From the NCBI GenBank assembly GCA_963811105.1, contig CAWEPZ010000001.1, positions 51,372 to 115,371 of the forward strand: a stretch of 64,000 nt of DNA. The letters run 5' to 3'. The stretch comes from Candidatus Bathyarchaeota archaeon. GTDB lineage: Archaea; Thermoproteota; Bathyarchaeia; Bathyarchaeales; Bathycorpusculaceae. Of this stretch, positions 19,985 through 30,462 are shown one piece after another. Both the position numbers and the translations under genes were made by a program. Each line of letters starts with the position of its first letter. The first letter of the stretch is position 1. The notes under the pieces are model-generated. The model was not told where the DNA came from, did no database searches, and saw only the letters and a list, made by a program, of their open reading frames with translations.

Positions 19985-20422
19985 ATGGCGATGGTTGATG
20001 TTTCAGATAAGGCGGAAATTTTCCGAGAAGCAACTGCAACAGGAAGCATAAAGCTCAAGCCGGGAACAATCGAATTAATCAAAACTGGAAAAATCGCAAA
20101 AGGCGATCCCATCTGCACAGCTAAGATTGCGGCGATACTTGCAGCTAAAAAGACAAGCACCTTAATTCCGCTATGCCACCCGTTGCCTTTGACAAATGTG
20201 CAAATTGACGTTAAAATCCCCAACGAATTCACTGTTGAAGTTTCTGCAACAGTTAAAGCTAGGGCGCAAACAGGTGTGGAAATGGAAGCGCTCGCGGCGG
20301 TTTCGATGGGGTTATTGACGGTTTGGGACATGACTAAACAGTACGAAAAAGATGCTGCTGGGCAGTACCCGTCCACTGCGATTGAGAATATTCATGTTGT
20401 GCGCAAGTTCAAACAGGTGTAG
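19985..20422 (+). CDS. moaC: Cyclic pyranopterin monophosphate synthase
   Basis: MVDVSDK, AAKKTS.LIPLCHP, TGVEMEAL, WDM.K. Confidence 0.96.
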   Translation: MAMVDVSDKAEIFREATATGSIKLKPGTIELIKTGKIAKGDPICTAKIAAILAAKKTSTLIPLCHPLPLTNVQIDVKIPNEFTVEVSATVKARAQTGVEMEALAAVSMGLLTVWDMTKQYEKDAAGQYPSTAIENIHVVRKFKQV

Positions 20423-20426
20423 ATGT

Positions 20427-20960
20427 ATGAGTGAAAGCTCGAAGATGCATAAGGCAAAGTCGCCTAAGATTTTGAATTTTGGCGTTTACATCTGCAGCAC
20501 TTCTCGATACAAGCTAATACAATCAGGCGAGAAAGGAATTAGTGACGTGGGCGGCGACACTATGGTTGAATTACTCAAAAACGCTGGGCAAAACGTACTC
20601 TTTAAGAAAATAGTTGCCGATGACAAAGCGTTAATTGCCGATGCAGTACAGCAAGCGTTGGAAATGCCTGATTTGGATGTAATTATGTTTTCTGGAGGTA
20701 CAGGCATTACACCAACCGATGTTACAATTGAGACGGTTTCGCCGTTTTTTGAGAAGACCATGCCGGGATTCGGCGAATTTTTTAGACGCATAAGCTTTGA
20801 TCGAGTTGGTTCAGCCGCGGTTTTGTCCCGTGCAGTAGCTGGAGTAGCAAAAGGCAAGGCTTTGTTTTGTATGCCTGGCTCCCCTGACGCCGTGCGTGTC
20901 GCGGTAGAAATGCTTATTTTGCCCGAGGCGCCTCACATCGTTAAGCACGCACGGGAATAA
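20427..20960 (+). CDS. moaB: Molybdopterin adenylyltransferase MoaB/MogA
   Basis: GGTGITPTDVT.E, PGFGE.FR, SRA.AG, PGSP.A; start refined to MSESSKMH. Confidence 0.94.
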   Translation: MSESSKMHKAKSPKILNFGVYICSTSRYKLIQSGEKGISDVGGDTMVELLKNAGQNVLFKKIVADDKALIADAVQQALEMPDLDVIMFSGGTGITPTDVTIETVSPFFEKTMPGFGEFFRRISFDRVGSAAVLSRAVAGVAKGKALFCMPGSPDAVRVAVEMLILPEAPHIVKHARE

Positions 20961-20963
20961 CGT

Positions 20964-21893
20964 ATGAATTTAACAGACAACTGCGGCAGACCACTTCTTA
21001 ACTTGCGGATTTCGATTACTCAGCGATGCAACAATCGCTGTTTGTACTGTCACAGGGAAGGCGAAGTGCAAAGGGCAAACGCTTCGGCTGAATTAATGTC
21101 TGTTGACGAAATCGTGCGCATAGCAACAATCGCCGTTAGCCTTGGCATTTCGAGGATAAAATTAACTGGCGGAGAACCGCTCATGCGAAAAGACCTTCCA
21201 GAAATTGTCGGAGGCATAGCTAAGGTGCCAGACTTGAGGGATTTGTCTTTAACCACCAACGGTCTTTTGCTGGATGGCGTGGCTAAGGAGTTACGCGAAA
21301 AAGGATTAAGACGCGTAAACATTAGTTTGCCCTCCTTGAACGAAGAAACTTACAGAAAATTAACAGGAGGAAACCTGCAAAAAGCGTTAGCAGGGGTCAA
21401 AGCGGCAATTGAAGTTGGATTCTGCCCGGTTAAGCTGAATATGGTTCTCTTAAGAGGGATGAACGTAGGCGATGTGCCAGAAATGATAGAGTACGCCAGT
21501 CAAACGGGCACCATACTGCAACTTATAGAGCTTGACTCTATCAATGTAACCGACACTTACTATTCAACATATTACAAGAACTTAGATGAGCAAGAAGAAA
21601 TGTTACGCAAGAATGCGGTAACAATTGAGAAAAGACCCTTAATGCACAACCGCCTAATCTACCACCTGCCAAAGGCAACTGTCGAAGTAGTACACCCGAT
21701 TGAGAATAGCGACTTCTGCATGCACTGTACACGTTTGCGCGTCACAAGCGACGGCAAACTAAAAACCTGCCTCATGAGAAACGACAACCTAATTGACATT
21801 CTAACCCCAATACGTAATGGTGCAAGCGACGAACAATTAAAACAGCTATTCGCAAAAGCTAACTTGCTAAGAGAGCCATACAATAAGAGTTAA
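20964..21893 (+). CDS. moaA: GTP 3',8-cyclase (radical SAM)
   Basis: LRISIT.RCNNRCLYCH.EG, LTGGEP, FC..CTRLRVTSDGKLK.CL. Confidence 0.96.
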   Translation: MNLTDNCGRPLLNLRISITQRCNNRCLYCHREGEVQRANASAELMSVDEIVRIATIAVSLGISRIKLTGGEPLMRKDLPEIVGGIAKVPDLRDLSLTTNGLLLDGVAKELREKGLRRVNISLPSLNEETYRKLTGGNLQKALAGVKAAIEVGFCPVKLNMVLLRGMNVGDVPEMIEYASQTGTILQLIELDSINVTDTYYSTYYKNLDEQEEMLRKNAVTIEKRPLMHNRLIYHLPKATVEVVHPIENSDFCMHCTRLRVTSDGKLKTCLMRNDNLIDILTPIRNGASDEQLKQLFAKANLLREPYNKS

Positions 21894-22033
21894 TGATTCT
21901 TGATACGAATCCTTTTTTCTGTTAAAAAGAGTGCTATTTAAGAAATATTTATCGAGACTACATATAATGGAGATATTCAATTGATCGAATTCCCATCGAA
22001 ATTTGTAAATTGCTTTTTTAATCTCGACGATTG

Positions 22034-23590
22034 TCAGTTTCTTTTAGAAACTTCAGCTTGGTCACTGTTAATTCCTCGCCACATAATCTTGTAGCCGAGC
22101 GATGCCAAAACGTTAGATGGGTCATCTGCACCTTCTTCTTCGATGATTTTTGACGCTTCATTTAGGGGCATTTTTCCCGATTGACTGATGGCTTCTTTAA
22201 TTCTTGTGTCGATTTGTAAAAGTATTTTATTGCTGATCAAAATATTAGCAATCGCAACGTAGCCGGAAGGTGGATTGCCCACCAAGAAAGCTCTTGCGGC
22301 TTCTGGTGAAACGCCAATTCTACACGCGAATTCCTTAAAAGAAACTACTGGTTCGGTAAATTTAATCTGCAAACCCTCAAGAAGATTAATCTCCTTTGAT
22401 TTGACTTCTTCAAACTTGGTTCCCAAATATCGCAGAATCGGGGCAAGAGGAATTTTGTTGCGGTAATAAATTAAGTCAAGCTGTGGACGTTTTTCCAAAG
22501 CAGAGAGTTTTTCGCATGCCAACTCTTCATTGACCAGGAGGAGCATCTTTGCCTTCACTAACTTTAGCTTCTCTATTTTCCTCATTAAGTACTCTTCTGT
22601 CCAGAATCCCACGATTTCTAAATAGATTTTGAGGCCGGCTTTTTCAAGGGAGAAATCGGGAATAATTACATTTTTTCCAGCAGTTACAGGTTCAGGTTCT
22701 CTTTTTAATATCCAGCCAGAAGTCAATGCTTGAAATTGGGTGGCGAAATCCGATTCGATAGAGCTATCATAAGTCAAAGTCGGCAAACGTGTTTTCTTTA
22801 ACAGTGAGCCATATTTTTTGCTTTCAATTTTGAAGTCGAAGATTTCGTTTGTAAACTTCCAAAGAACCTTTGCCTTGACTGTCCATTCGGGGTTAGCAAC
22901 GATTATTGGCAACAGCTTGGCTATGCCCACTCCGTATCTTCGAGTTAGCTTAAACAGGCTGCCTGGGCCGTCTATTTTAACCCACAGATCATTATCTCTG
23001 TAGACTTCATAGATTAACCCAAATTTCTTTATCGCATGAAAAAGGTCTTGCCAGTTGCCTGATGCTGTGAAACTTAGTTCTGTGGCATCAAAAAGTAATG
23101 TCTGTGTCAAACCTAAATTATACTCGCCCAGTAACTCAGAGGTTGAAGGTGGGGTAAACTTTTCAAGAACCAATTCGCTATCTAAATCAGAGTAAAAATT
23201 CTCTTCAACATCCCCTATTGATAGAGCCATCTCGGAAGCTACGGTCGCTATTATTTTTCGTCTTTTTTCAGAAGTGAAAGGTACCCCAAAATTTTCTGTG
23301 ACTTGAAATATTTTTCTGCGCAAATCAACTGGGTTAATTTTGCTTTGGCAGACAAATGTGCTTTTCCGATCAAGGAGTAATGACAAAGCTCTGACAAAGC
23401 GATATTCGTAGCCTTTGTCTTCAAGCTCAGCGACTAAGGCTTTTAGAACTTTCTTTTTTTCTCCAACATGTATCTTGTAAGCTTCGACAAGAAGGTTCGC
23501 GGCATCATCGTTACTACTGGAAGGTTTAGCGTAGCGGGGAAGAATCTCGCCCTTCCTCTTCCAAACTGAAAGCAAGTCGCTTGGAAACAT
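22034..23590 (-). CDS. DUF790 family nuclease (Bax1-like XPB partner)
   Basis: YN..L.Q.LLF.A, DGP.SLF..T.RYG, YDS.IE..F, REPEP, IPDF, EIVGFWT.EY; adjacent to XPB. Confidence 0.9.
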   Translation of the reverse strand: MFPSDLLSVWKRKGEILPRYAKPSSSNDDAANLLVEAYKIHVGEKKKVLKALVAELEDKGYEYRFVRALSLLLDRKSTFVCQSKINPVDLRRKIFQVTENFGVPFTSEKRRKIIATVASEMALSIGDVEENFYSDLDSELVLEKFTPPSTSELLGEYNLGLTQTLLFDATELSFTASGNWQDLFHAIKKFGLIYEVYRDNDLWVKIDGPGSLFKLTRRYGVGIAKLLPIIVANPEWTVKAKVLWKFTNEIFDFKIESKKYGSLLKKTRLPTLTYDSSIESDFATQFQALTSGWILKREPEPVTAGKNVIIPDFSLEKAGLKIYLEIVGFWTEEYLMRKIEKLKLVKAKMLLLVNEELACEKLSALEKRPQLDLIYYRNKIPLAPILRYLGTKFEEVKSKEINLLEGLQIKFTEPVVSFKEFACRIGVSPEAARAFLVGNPPSGYVAIANILISNKILLQIDTRIKEAISQSGKMPLNEASKIIEEEGADDPSNVLASLGYKIMWRGINSDQAEVSKRN

Positions 23591-24940
23591 TATGTTGCGT
23601 CTCCAGTTTTTTGGTGGCGTCTACGACTTGTTCCGACTTCCATGGTTTCTTTAGAGATTATCTCGATTAGCCGAGCTATTTTGCCTTCTTTCTTCCTGAG
23701 CAGTCGTCCGAGTCTTTGGACGTATTCTCTGTTGCTTCCCGTTCCTCCAAGAACTAAGCCTACTGATGCGTCAGGCACGTCTAAACCCTCGTCCAAAACC
23801 TGAGAAGTCACAACAACAGGGTATTTGCCGTTTCCGAAGTTTGATAGTATTTCTCGGCGTTCTTCTCTAGGAGTCTGATATGTAATCGCTGGGACTAGAA
23901 AAGCGCAAACTAATCGTATAAACCAAGTCGTTAAAGAGAGTGAAAATCAGGGTTTTCTCATTTTTGTAAGCCTCTAGCTTCTGGGCTAGCAGGTTTAGCT
24001 TAGCTTCTGAGTTAACGGCAACCTTAACCGCTCGGTTTCTTGCGAGTAATGCTTCGCGTGCTTTTGGGTCCCTTCCAGTGGTCATTATGAACTTTTGAAA
24101 GTCTGCAGCACCTCTCAAAGTGATTTTCCGCTGTCTGAGAAAGCTTCTAAAAATCCTCATCTGGGACTCGTAGATTTGCTGCTCTTTAGGTGTTAGTTCA
24201 ACTAATATTTTTTCGTATGTGTATGGTGAAAGGTGCTCCCCTGAAAGTTCTTCAACGTCGACTGAATAGACTGGGTCGCCGACAAGTTGGGGAAGAAGAG
24301 AATGCCTCTGATCGCTTCTTTCATAAGTTGCAGTTAAGCCCATGCGGTAAGGGGCGATATACATCTCGGCTATCTGCATGTAGCCTACAGAGGCTAAATG
24401 ATGCACCTCGTCGAACACTAATAACATAAATTTGTTGCCAAGCTGTTCCGCATGTATGTAAGCTGAATCATAAGTTGTAACCGTAACCATCCGAACAGTG
24501 CTTTCGCCCCCGCCAATAGCTCCGGTATCCAAGTTAAGGCAGTCTTTAATGCGTTTTCTCCATTGATCAATCAAATCCAATGTTGGAACAACAATCAACG
24601 TCTGTATTTTCAATCGTTCAATTGCTTTTAATGCGATGAAAGTCTTTCCAGCTGCAGTGGGCAATACCAGAACCCCTCTGTTGCGGGCTCTGTACCAATT
24701 GTCCAAAGCTTCGTTCTGGTAATCCCTGAGTGCAACATTGCTTTTAATTTGTTCGAGAGGAGGCAAATCAAGAGTATCATTTTCAAACTTAATTCTGCTC
24801 TCGGCCAAGTACTCCAAAATATCTCTGTAATGGTAAGCTTTAATTCTATAGCAGCCAACTCTTGGGTCCCATTTACCGTAAGGAGTTCCCACTTCGCCCT
24901 TCAAAAGCAGGGTGCCCCTGTCAAACCACAAACGTAGCAT
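23590..24940 (-). CDS. xpb: XPB/Rad25-type SF2 helicase (frameshift near 23900)
   Basis: LRDYQ.EA, LPTAAGKT, DEVHH, GLTAT.ER.D; continues after a T-run indel to VLDEGLDVPDA and QRLGRLLR. Confidence 0.9.
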
Positions 24941-25057
24941 ATCACTGCATCAATTTCAAACCAATTAAGTCTGTCTAATAAATAGTTCAATTCAAGACCA
25001 TTTTTCAGCCCTTAAACGGCCTAAAGGGTCCTTGGTCTTAAACAACAGTTCTGCGAC

Positions 25058-25555
25058 TTATAATTCAATTATTTTTGCTTCATGTTTAGCGGTGTCTAGC
25101 ACTGCAATTGTGGATTTTCCCGTCAGATACCCACAGAGTTCTCCCGGGTTAATGGCTAAGGTTTTGTCTATGCACACGATGCTTTTGTTGTGTGAGTGTC
25201 CGTGGATGACGGCGTCAAAGTATCCGCTGTCTATTATGGAGTTGAGCAATTCGGTTTCTGTTCCATGCAACAGCGCGATTTTGTAGCCTTCCACTTCAAG
25301 AGATGCGAACTGTCCGTGGATTGTGCAGTTAGTGGTTTCGTTAAAGCGTTTTTTTAGGAGTTCGTGGTCTCCGTCGTTGTTGCCAAACACACCGATTAGT
25401 TTGCAATTAAGCACTTTGAATTTTGGGATAACAAAACCTGCAACGTAATCGCCCGCGTGAAGCACCAAGCCTACTTTTTGGTCGTTTAGATATTTTACGG
25501 CTCTTTCTATTAGGGGCAAATTGTCATGCGTATCAGACATCACGCCTATCAACAT
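25058..25555 (-). CDS. Metallophosphoesterase, YfcE/MJ0936 family
   Basis: SDTHDN, HAGD, GNND, HGHSH, NPGE. Confidence 0.92.
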   Translation of the reverse strand: MLIGVMSDTHDNLPLIERAVKYLNDQKVGLVLHAGDYVAGFVIPKFKVLNCKLIGVFGNNDGDHELLKKRFNETTNCTIHGQFASLEVEGYKIALLHGTETELLNSIIDSGYFDAVIHGHSHNKSIVCIDKTLAINPGELCGYLTGKSTIAVLDTAKHEAKIIEL

Positions 25556-26000
25556 CTTTTTTCACCTTGGTGTTTTTCACGCTGGCTCACTAAAAGTTTT
25601 CTCTCTAGGACACAGCTTTTTGAAAAAATCACGAAACCATAATGTTAACTCTAAACAACCAACCAACGTCAGAGATAAAGAATCTAAAAGTAAACTGCAC
25701 TAATGAATATAGTGAAAGACAACGTCAAACGCTAAGTCGAGAAGAAGCCATCTTGACGTCATGTCAGGCATAATAGAGATAGCTAAGGAAAGCGCTTTAA
25801 AGATCCAAATCATGTAAAAAGCAAACCTAGCTTTGCCCAACTAAGCGATTATGTTGCGTTTAGCTAAAGAACAATTCACTGAGTACAAGTACCTGCATCA
25901 GGGCAATAAAGAAGAGAAGATATTGCGTTCGGGTTATGAAAAACGGTTGCTACAGTCACGGCACAAGTTAAAGCTGAATCCGTGCACCGTTCCAAATTAG

Positions 26001-26201
26001 CTATTTTTTCTTTGGCACGAACGGGTTCTCTGGAAAATAAACAGCTTTCTGGGATATCTCTACGCTACAAGAACCAGGGTGAGCTTTGCAGTAGTCTTCA
26101 CAGTCCTGAGCTATGCTCCTTTCTGAGTATCCAAGGCCACAAATATCACAGAGAAAAACTGTTCTATCTCCAACCTTCTTTTCTGTAACCAAAATTAGCA
26201 C
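26001..26201 (-). CDS. Small zinc-finger-like protein
   Basis: FLCDICGLGY....A..CE.YC..H..CS.EI. Confidence 0.75.
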   Translation of the reverse strand: MLILVTEKKVGDRTVFLCDICGLGYSERSIAQDCEDYCKAHPGSCSVEISQKAVYFPENPFVPKKK

Positions 26202-26338
26202 TCCCCTAAAAAATGATTAATTAAGGCGTATTTAAGAAGTTGGCTCTAATCATTGCAAGACTATCAGGCGCGTAATTCAATAACCTCGTTTTTAAAGGAA
26301 AGAAAGAGAATTTACGATTGAAACCTCCCAAGCCTTAA

Positions 26339-26361
26339 GGTTCAAATTCCACCCTGCACCA
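26339..26361 (+). repeat. tRNA 3'-end-like fragment (att-like)
   Basis: GGTTCAAATTCCACCCTGCACCA: T-loop plus acceptor 3' strand; no 5' half seen. Confidence 0.5.
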
Positions 26362-26471
26362 ATATAAGCAAAACTTCAGGGGTGTTTGTCTTCAGCGATC
26401 TCTTCTATGGTTTGGATATATTTAATTCTCCCCGTTTATTCTTCTTCTTAATGTTTTTTGGAGGCGTTTGA

Positions 26472-27426
26472 TTGATTAAGAAAAAGAGCGGAACAAAAGT
26501 TGCGATTGTTGGTGCTGGCTTTGTGGGTACAACATTTGCCTATTCATTGTTGATACGCAGTTTGGTTTCTGAGATTGTTTTGATTGATACAGATAGAGAC
26601 AGAGCAGAAGGAGAGGCTATGGATTTGAGCTATGGGCTACCTTTCTTGGAGCCTGTGGATGTTCGAGCAGGTGACTACCAGGACTGTGAGGATTCAGATA
26701 TAGTTGTTGTTACCGCTGGAGGCGCTAGAAAAAGCGGGCAGTCTCGTCTAGAATTGGCAAAAGAAAACTTCACCCTCATGAGAGAGGTAATCTCGAAAAT
26801 CACTGAGTACAATAAAAAATGTATCCTGTTAATGGTTACAAACCCACTCGATGTCATGACATATATCAGCCTTGAAGCTTTCAGATTTCTCAAAAACAAA
26901 GGTGATTGGGAGCGGAACAGTCTTGGATACAGCTAGACTTCGGTATTCGCTTGGAGAATACTTAGGAGTTGATTCAAGAAACGTCCATTCTTACATAATT
27001 GGTGAACACGGAGACAGCGAAGTTCCAGTTTGGAGCCTTGCGAACGTTGCTGGAATCCGGCTGAAAGAGTACTGCCCTCTGTGCAATGTGCCGTACAAAA
27101 AAAGTGTTTTCGATGAACTTTTCGTAAAAGTGCGCGATGCCGGGAAAGAAATCATAAGACGCAAAGGCAGAACAAACTACAGCATCGGTTTGAGCTTAAC
27201 AAAGATAGTTGAAAGCATAATCCGAAACGAGAATTCTATCTTAACCGTATCTTGTTACCTTGAAAACTATCACGGAATAGATGATGTGTGCCTAAGCGTA
27301 CCAGCTGTGGTCAACAAAGATGGCGTGAAGAAAATAATCGATCTGCCGCTTAATGAAAAAGAAGAAGAAGCATTCCGAAAGTCTGCTGAGACAGTCAAGG
27401 AAATCAACCAATCCCTCGGTCTATAA
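26472..27426 (+). CDS. ldh: L-lactate dehydrogenase (LDH/MDH family; frameshift near 26865)
   Basis: KVAIVGAGFVG, AEGEAMDL, SRLEL, VTNPLD, then GSGTVLDTARLR, IGEHGDSE, II.RKG.T.Y in a shifted frame. Confidence 0.88.
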
Positions 27427-27503
27427 CTGGGCACCTTTTTTTTACGGTACTCATTTTTTCTCACCTCGGCCATAAATTACAAAGAAAATAAGAGTTTTTG
27501 CGA

Positions 27504-28048
27504 GTGAAATCTCCAGCAGGGCGTAGGATCAAATCCCCTCCAGCTCCAATGTCTGCGCACATAGAGTTTCAACTCTAACTTAGACAGCACATCAGGCAAT
27601 GCATTTCTGAGACATTCATTTAGAGAATTCGAGGATTGGCCATCTACAGCAGACCGATTTATAGAATATTCTTAACCGAATTTCTCATGGTGAATATGAT
27701 TACATTCGGCTTTCGATTTTCTGTAACTTGCAGATCAAGTCAATGCGCGCTTTGTTTATTGTCTTCATGTGCCTCAGAATTCGTATAACTGACATCATCG
27801 ATAGGACTACCAATCCTTTCTCCGACTGACGTGTTTATCTTCACAGGCAACATGCTCTAATGCAGGCTGTTAAATAAAAATAATCGCGCACGATGTGCCA
27901 TAAAAGGATTAGACAAATGGTGAAAGGGAATAACATATGCCATATTTGTGTTCTCATTGTAACTAGTTTTTTAGGCTAAAATAAAAAAAGGAAATGCAGG
28001 TGAAATCTCTTGCAGGGCGTAGGATCAAATCCTCCCCTCCCGATGCCA
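27504..28048 (+). repeat. Direct repeat pair ending in tRNA 3'-end-like sequence (27504-27548 and 28000-28048)
   Basis: GTGAAATCTCnnGCAGGGCGTAGGATCAAATCC...CCA occurs twice, 496 bp apart. Confidence 0.7.
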
Positions 28049-28345
28049 AATATTTGCTAAGCTTGTGATTTTTATTTCTTAAACAACAACTTAATAACCC
28101 AAACCCACGGTGCCAGCAAAAAACTTTTCAAGGCCAAAGAAAGAGGCATGGATTTCCTTCAAAGACACATTGAATGGGTTCGCTCGCTAAAAAACTCCGC
28201 AATCCAAAGCAAGCCATAACAGGATCCTAAAAAAAACCGTTGAGCTTAAGATTCATGAATTAATAGATTTATGTGAGGAAATCAATCTTTTAAGAAAACC
28301 GGGAAATTGGTTTCTTAATTCTTGGTTTCGGTCAAGTATTTTTGA

Positions 28346-29065
28346 TTATAAATCCTGAAGCACCAACGGAAGCTCACTTAAATTCTTAATAACTATGTCT
28401 GGGTGAACATTCTCAATATCTTTCTCAACACGCCTCTGAACATAAACTGATTTCATTCCAACCGCTTTGGCTCCTTCAACATCAGCATCCAAAGTATCCC
28501 CAACAAAAACCGTTTCAGAAGCGCCAACACCAAGCGCCTGAAGTGTTCTCTTGAAGATTTCTGGACTAGGCTTACGTTTGTTAATGGCTCCAGACACGAC
28601 AACTGCATCAAGCAATGAGACTAACCCGTGAGCTTTAAGCAGTTTATCCACGCATTCGGGAATTGCAAAATTTGAGATTATTCCAAGCTTATATTTCCTA
28701 TGTAATCCCCGTAGCAAAGCTTCCGCATCTTTGTCTAAATAAACAAATGTCATAAATTCGTTACAAAACTCTTCAGACGCCCCTGTTACTAATGAGCTGG
28801 AAATGCCGTAGTTGTAGCCTAAGCTTTTGAGCGTTTCAGAAACCCTAATGTTGAAGTGAGGTTCTTCAAGGTTAGCGTTCGCTTTAGCGTAAAGCTCGTC
28901 GCGACTCTTTACATAGGCTTCTTGAAATGTGTCAAAGGAGACGTCTACGCCGTTTTTATTTAGGAAATTGTACATTTTCATTAACGCGGGACTGTAAAGA
29001 TCATGGTTTTTCCTAATCATCACAAGAGTATCGAACATATCAAATAAGACAGCTTTGATCGTCAT
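28346..29065 (-). CDS. HAD-superfamily hydrolase
   Basis: AVLFDMFDTL, IISN, KPSPEIF, FVGDT..ADV.GA. Confidence 0.92.
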   Translation of the reverse strand: MTIKAVLFDMFDTLVMIRKNHDLYSPALMKMYNFLNKNGVDVSFDTFQEAYVKSRDELYAKANANLEEPHFNIRVSETLKSLGYNYGISSSLVTGASEEFCNEFMTFVYLDKDAEALLRGLHRKYKLGIISNFAIPECVDKLLKAHGLVSLLDAVVVSGAINKRKPSPEIFKRTLQALGVGASETVFVGDTLDADVEGAKAVGMKSVYVQRRVEKDIENVHPDIVIKNLSELPLVLQDL

Positions 29066-29110
29066 CTCTGTATTTATCCCATCAGTAAGCTTTAGTAAAG
29101 CTTAAAATTC

Positions 29111-30397
29111 TTATCGCAACGTAAAAGGACTTTTTTGGTTTGATCGCTTCAACTTTTTGTGTATAACATAGTAAACTGATCCTGCAAGAAGGAAAACAAC
29201 GCCAATTATCCATGCTTGTGTTGACGCGAAAAGAATAAACGCTAAAAGCATTATGCAAGTCGCCAGTCCCAGCAAAGGCAAAATCTTACTGAGTTTGCCA
29301 GCGCCTTTGAGTTTGAATGCAGCAATATTACATACGCAATAAGTAAACAGAAGAGCAAATGTGCTAACTGCTATAACACTTGTTAAATCCAAAAAGACTA
29401 AACCCGCCATCAAAACACCTGCCAACAAAATAGCATAGTACGGTGTGAAAAACCTGTGATGCACCCGGGCCAAGAAAGAGGGCAAATCATTTCCTCGAGC
29501 CATCGAATAAGCCATTCTTGAAACTCCCAAAATAGCTGTTAACAAAACACTTGCTGTAGCAACTAAACCGCCAACCGAAATAATTTGAACTGCAAGTGAA
29601 TTACCCGAAACTCTCATAGCTGAATCCAAAGGTGAACCAGAAGCCGCTAACCCAGCGGGCTTCAACAATCCAATGGCTACTACCCCAACTAAAACGTAAA
29701 CCACCATCGCAATAGCAAGAGACAAAACTAGAGCTTTGGGCACATTTCTCTTAGCATCCTTCACCTCCTCCGCAACAACCGCAACCCGTGCAAAGCCACC
29801 GTAAGCAAAGAAGATGAAAAAGGATCCGTAAAGCACGCCGCTAGTTAATGGATTAAATGGCAAGAAGTTACTCCCGTTAAAATGTAATGCGCCAAAAGCT
29901 ACAAAGAACGCCAAAACTGTCAGCTTAATGGCGACTAAAATATTGTTGACTCTTGTTGATTCTTTAGCACCAATTAAATTCAAACCAGTAAAAGCAAGGC
30001 ACAAACCAGCAGCTACTAAATTGGTTGGCAAACTTGGAAATGCTGCTGATAAATAATAGGCGAATCCTAGAGCAACTGCGGCTCCTGTGAAGGTGTTAGC
30101 CACCAGCCACATCCAGCCTGCCAAGAAACCTGAGAAAGGTGAGATCAGTTGGCGTCCATACTCGTAAACGCTTCCTTCAACGGGTTGCCATGCTGTTAGT
30201 TTTGCAAAACTTGTTGCTGTAATGAAAGCGATGATTCCTGCAATAATCATGGAAATGATAAGTCCGGAGCCTGCGTAACCTGCCAAGATACCGATGACAA
30301 CGAATATGCCGCCGCCTATGATTGCGCCAACGCTGATGGCAACTGCGCTCCATAAACCGATTGAACACTTCAGCTTTCTTGGTTCTTGCGTTTCCAC
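29111..30397 (-). CDS. APC-family amino acid permease
   Basis: GAIIGGGIF, EGSVY.Y, FFAYGGF...AEEVKD.KRNVP, ~12 TMs. Confidence 0.92.
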   Translation of the reverse strand: METQEPRKLKCSIGLWSAVAISVGAIIGGGIFVVIGILAGYAGSGLIISMIIAGIIAFITATSFAKLTAWQPVEGSVYEYGRQLISPFSGFLAGWMWLVANTFTGAAVALGFAYYLSAAFPSLPTNLVAAGLCLAFTGLNLIGAKESTRVNNILVAIKLTVLAFFVAFGALHFNGSNFLPFNPLTSGVLYGSFFIFFAYGGFARVAVVAEEVKDAKRNVPKALVLSLAIAMVVYVLVGVVAIGLLKPAGLAASGSPLDSAMRVSGNSLAVQIISVGGLVATASVLLTAILGVSRMAYSMARGNDLPSFLARVHHRFFTPYYAILLAGVLMAGLVFLDLTSVIAVSTFALLFTYCVCNIAAFKLKGAGKLSKILPLLGLATCIMLLAFILFASTQAWIIGVVFLLAGSVYYVIHKKLKRSNQKSPFTLR

Positions 30398-30462
30398 CTG
30401 TGACCACAGCTAAACGAAACATTCAAACAAATGACATATAAAACCTTACAAGCACCAAAACC

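Noticed and set aside
22034-24940. Helicase-nuclease pair as a novel defence system
   Set aside because: It matches the known archaeal XPB-Bax1 (DUF790) repair pair.
25952-25960. Half-sites of the regulon motif (ACAGTCACG here; weaker ones near 290, 10884 and 63081)
   Set aside because: They lack the left half and/or a correctly spaced TATA and gene, so they were not counted.
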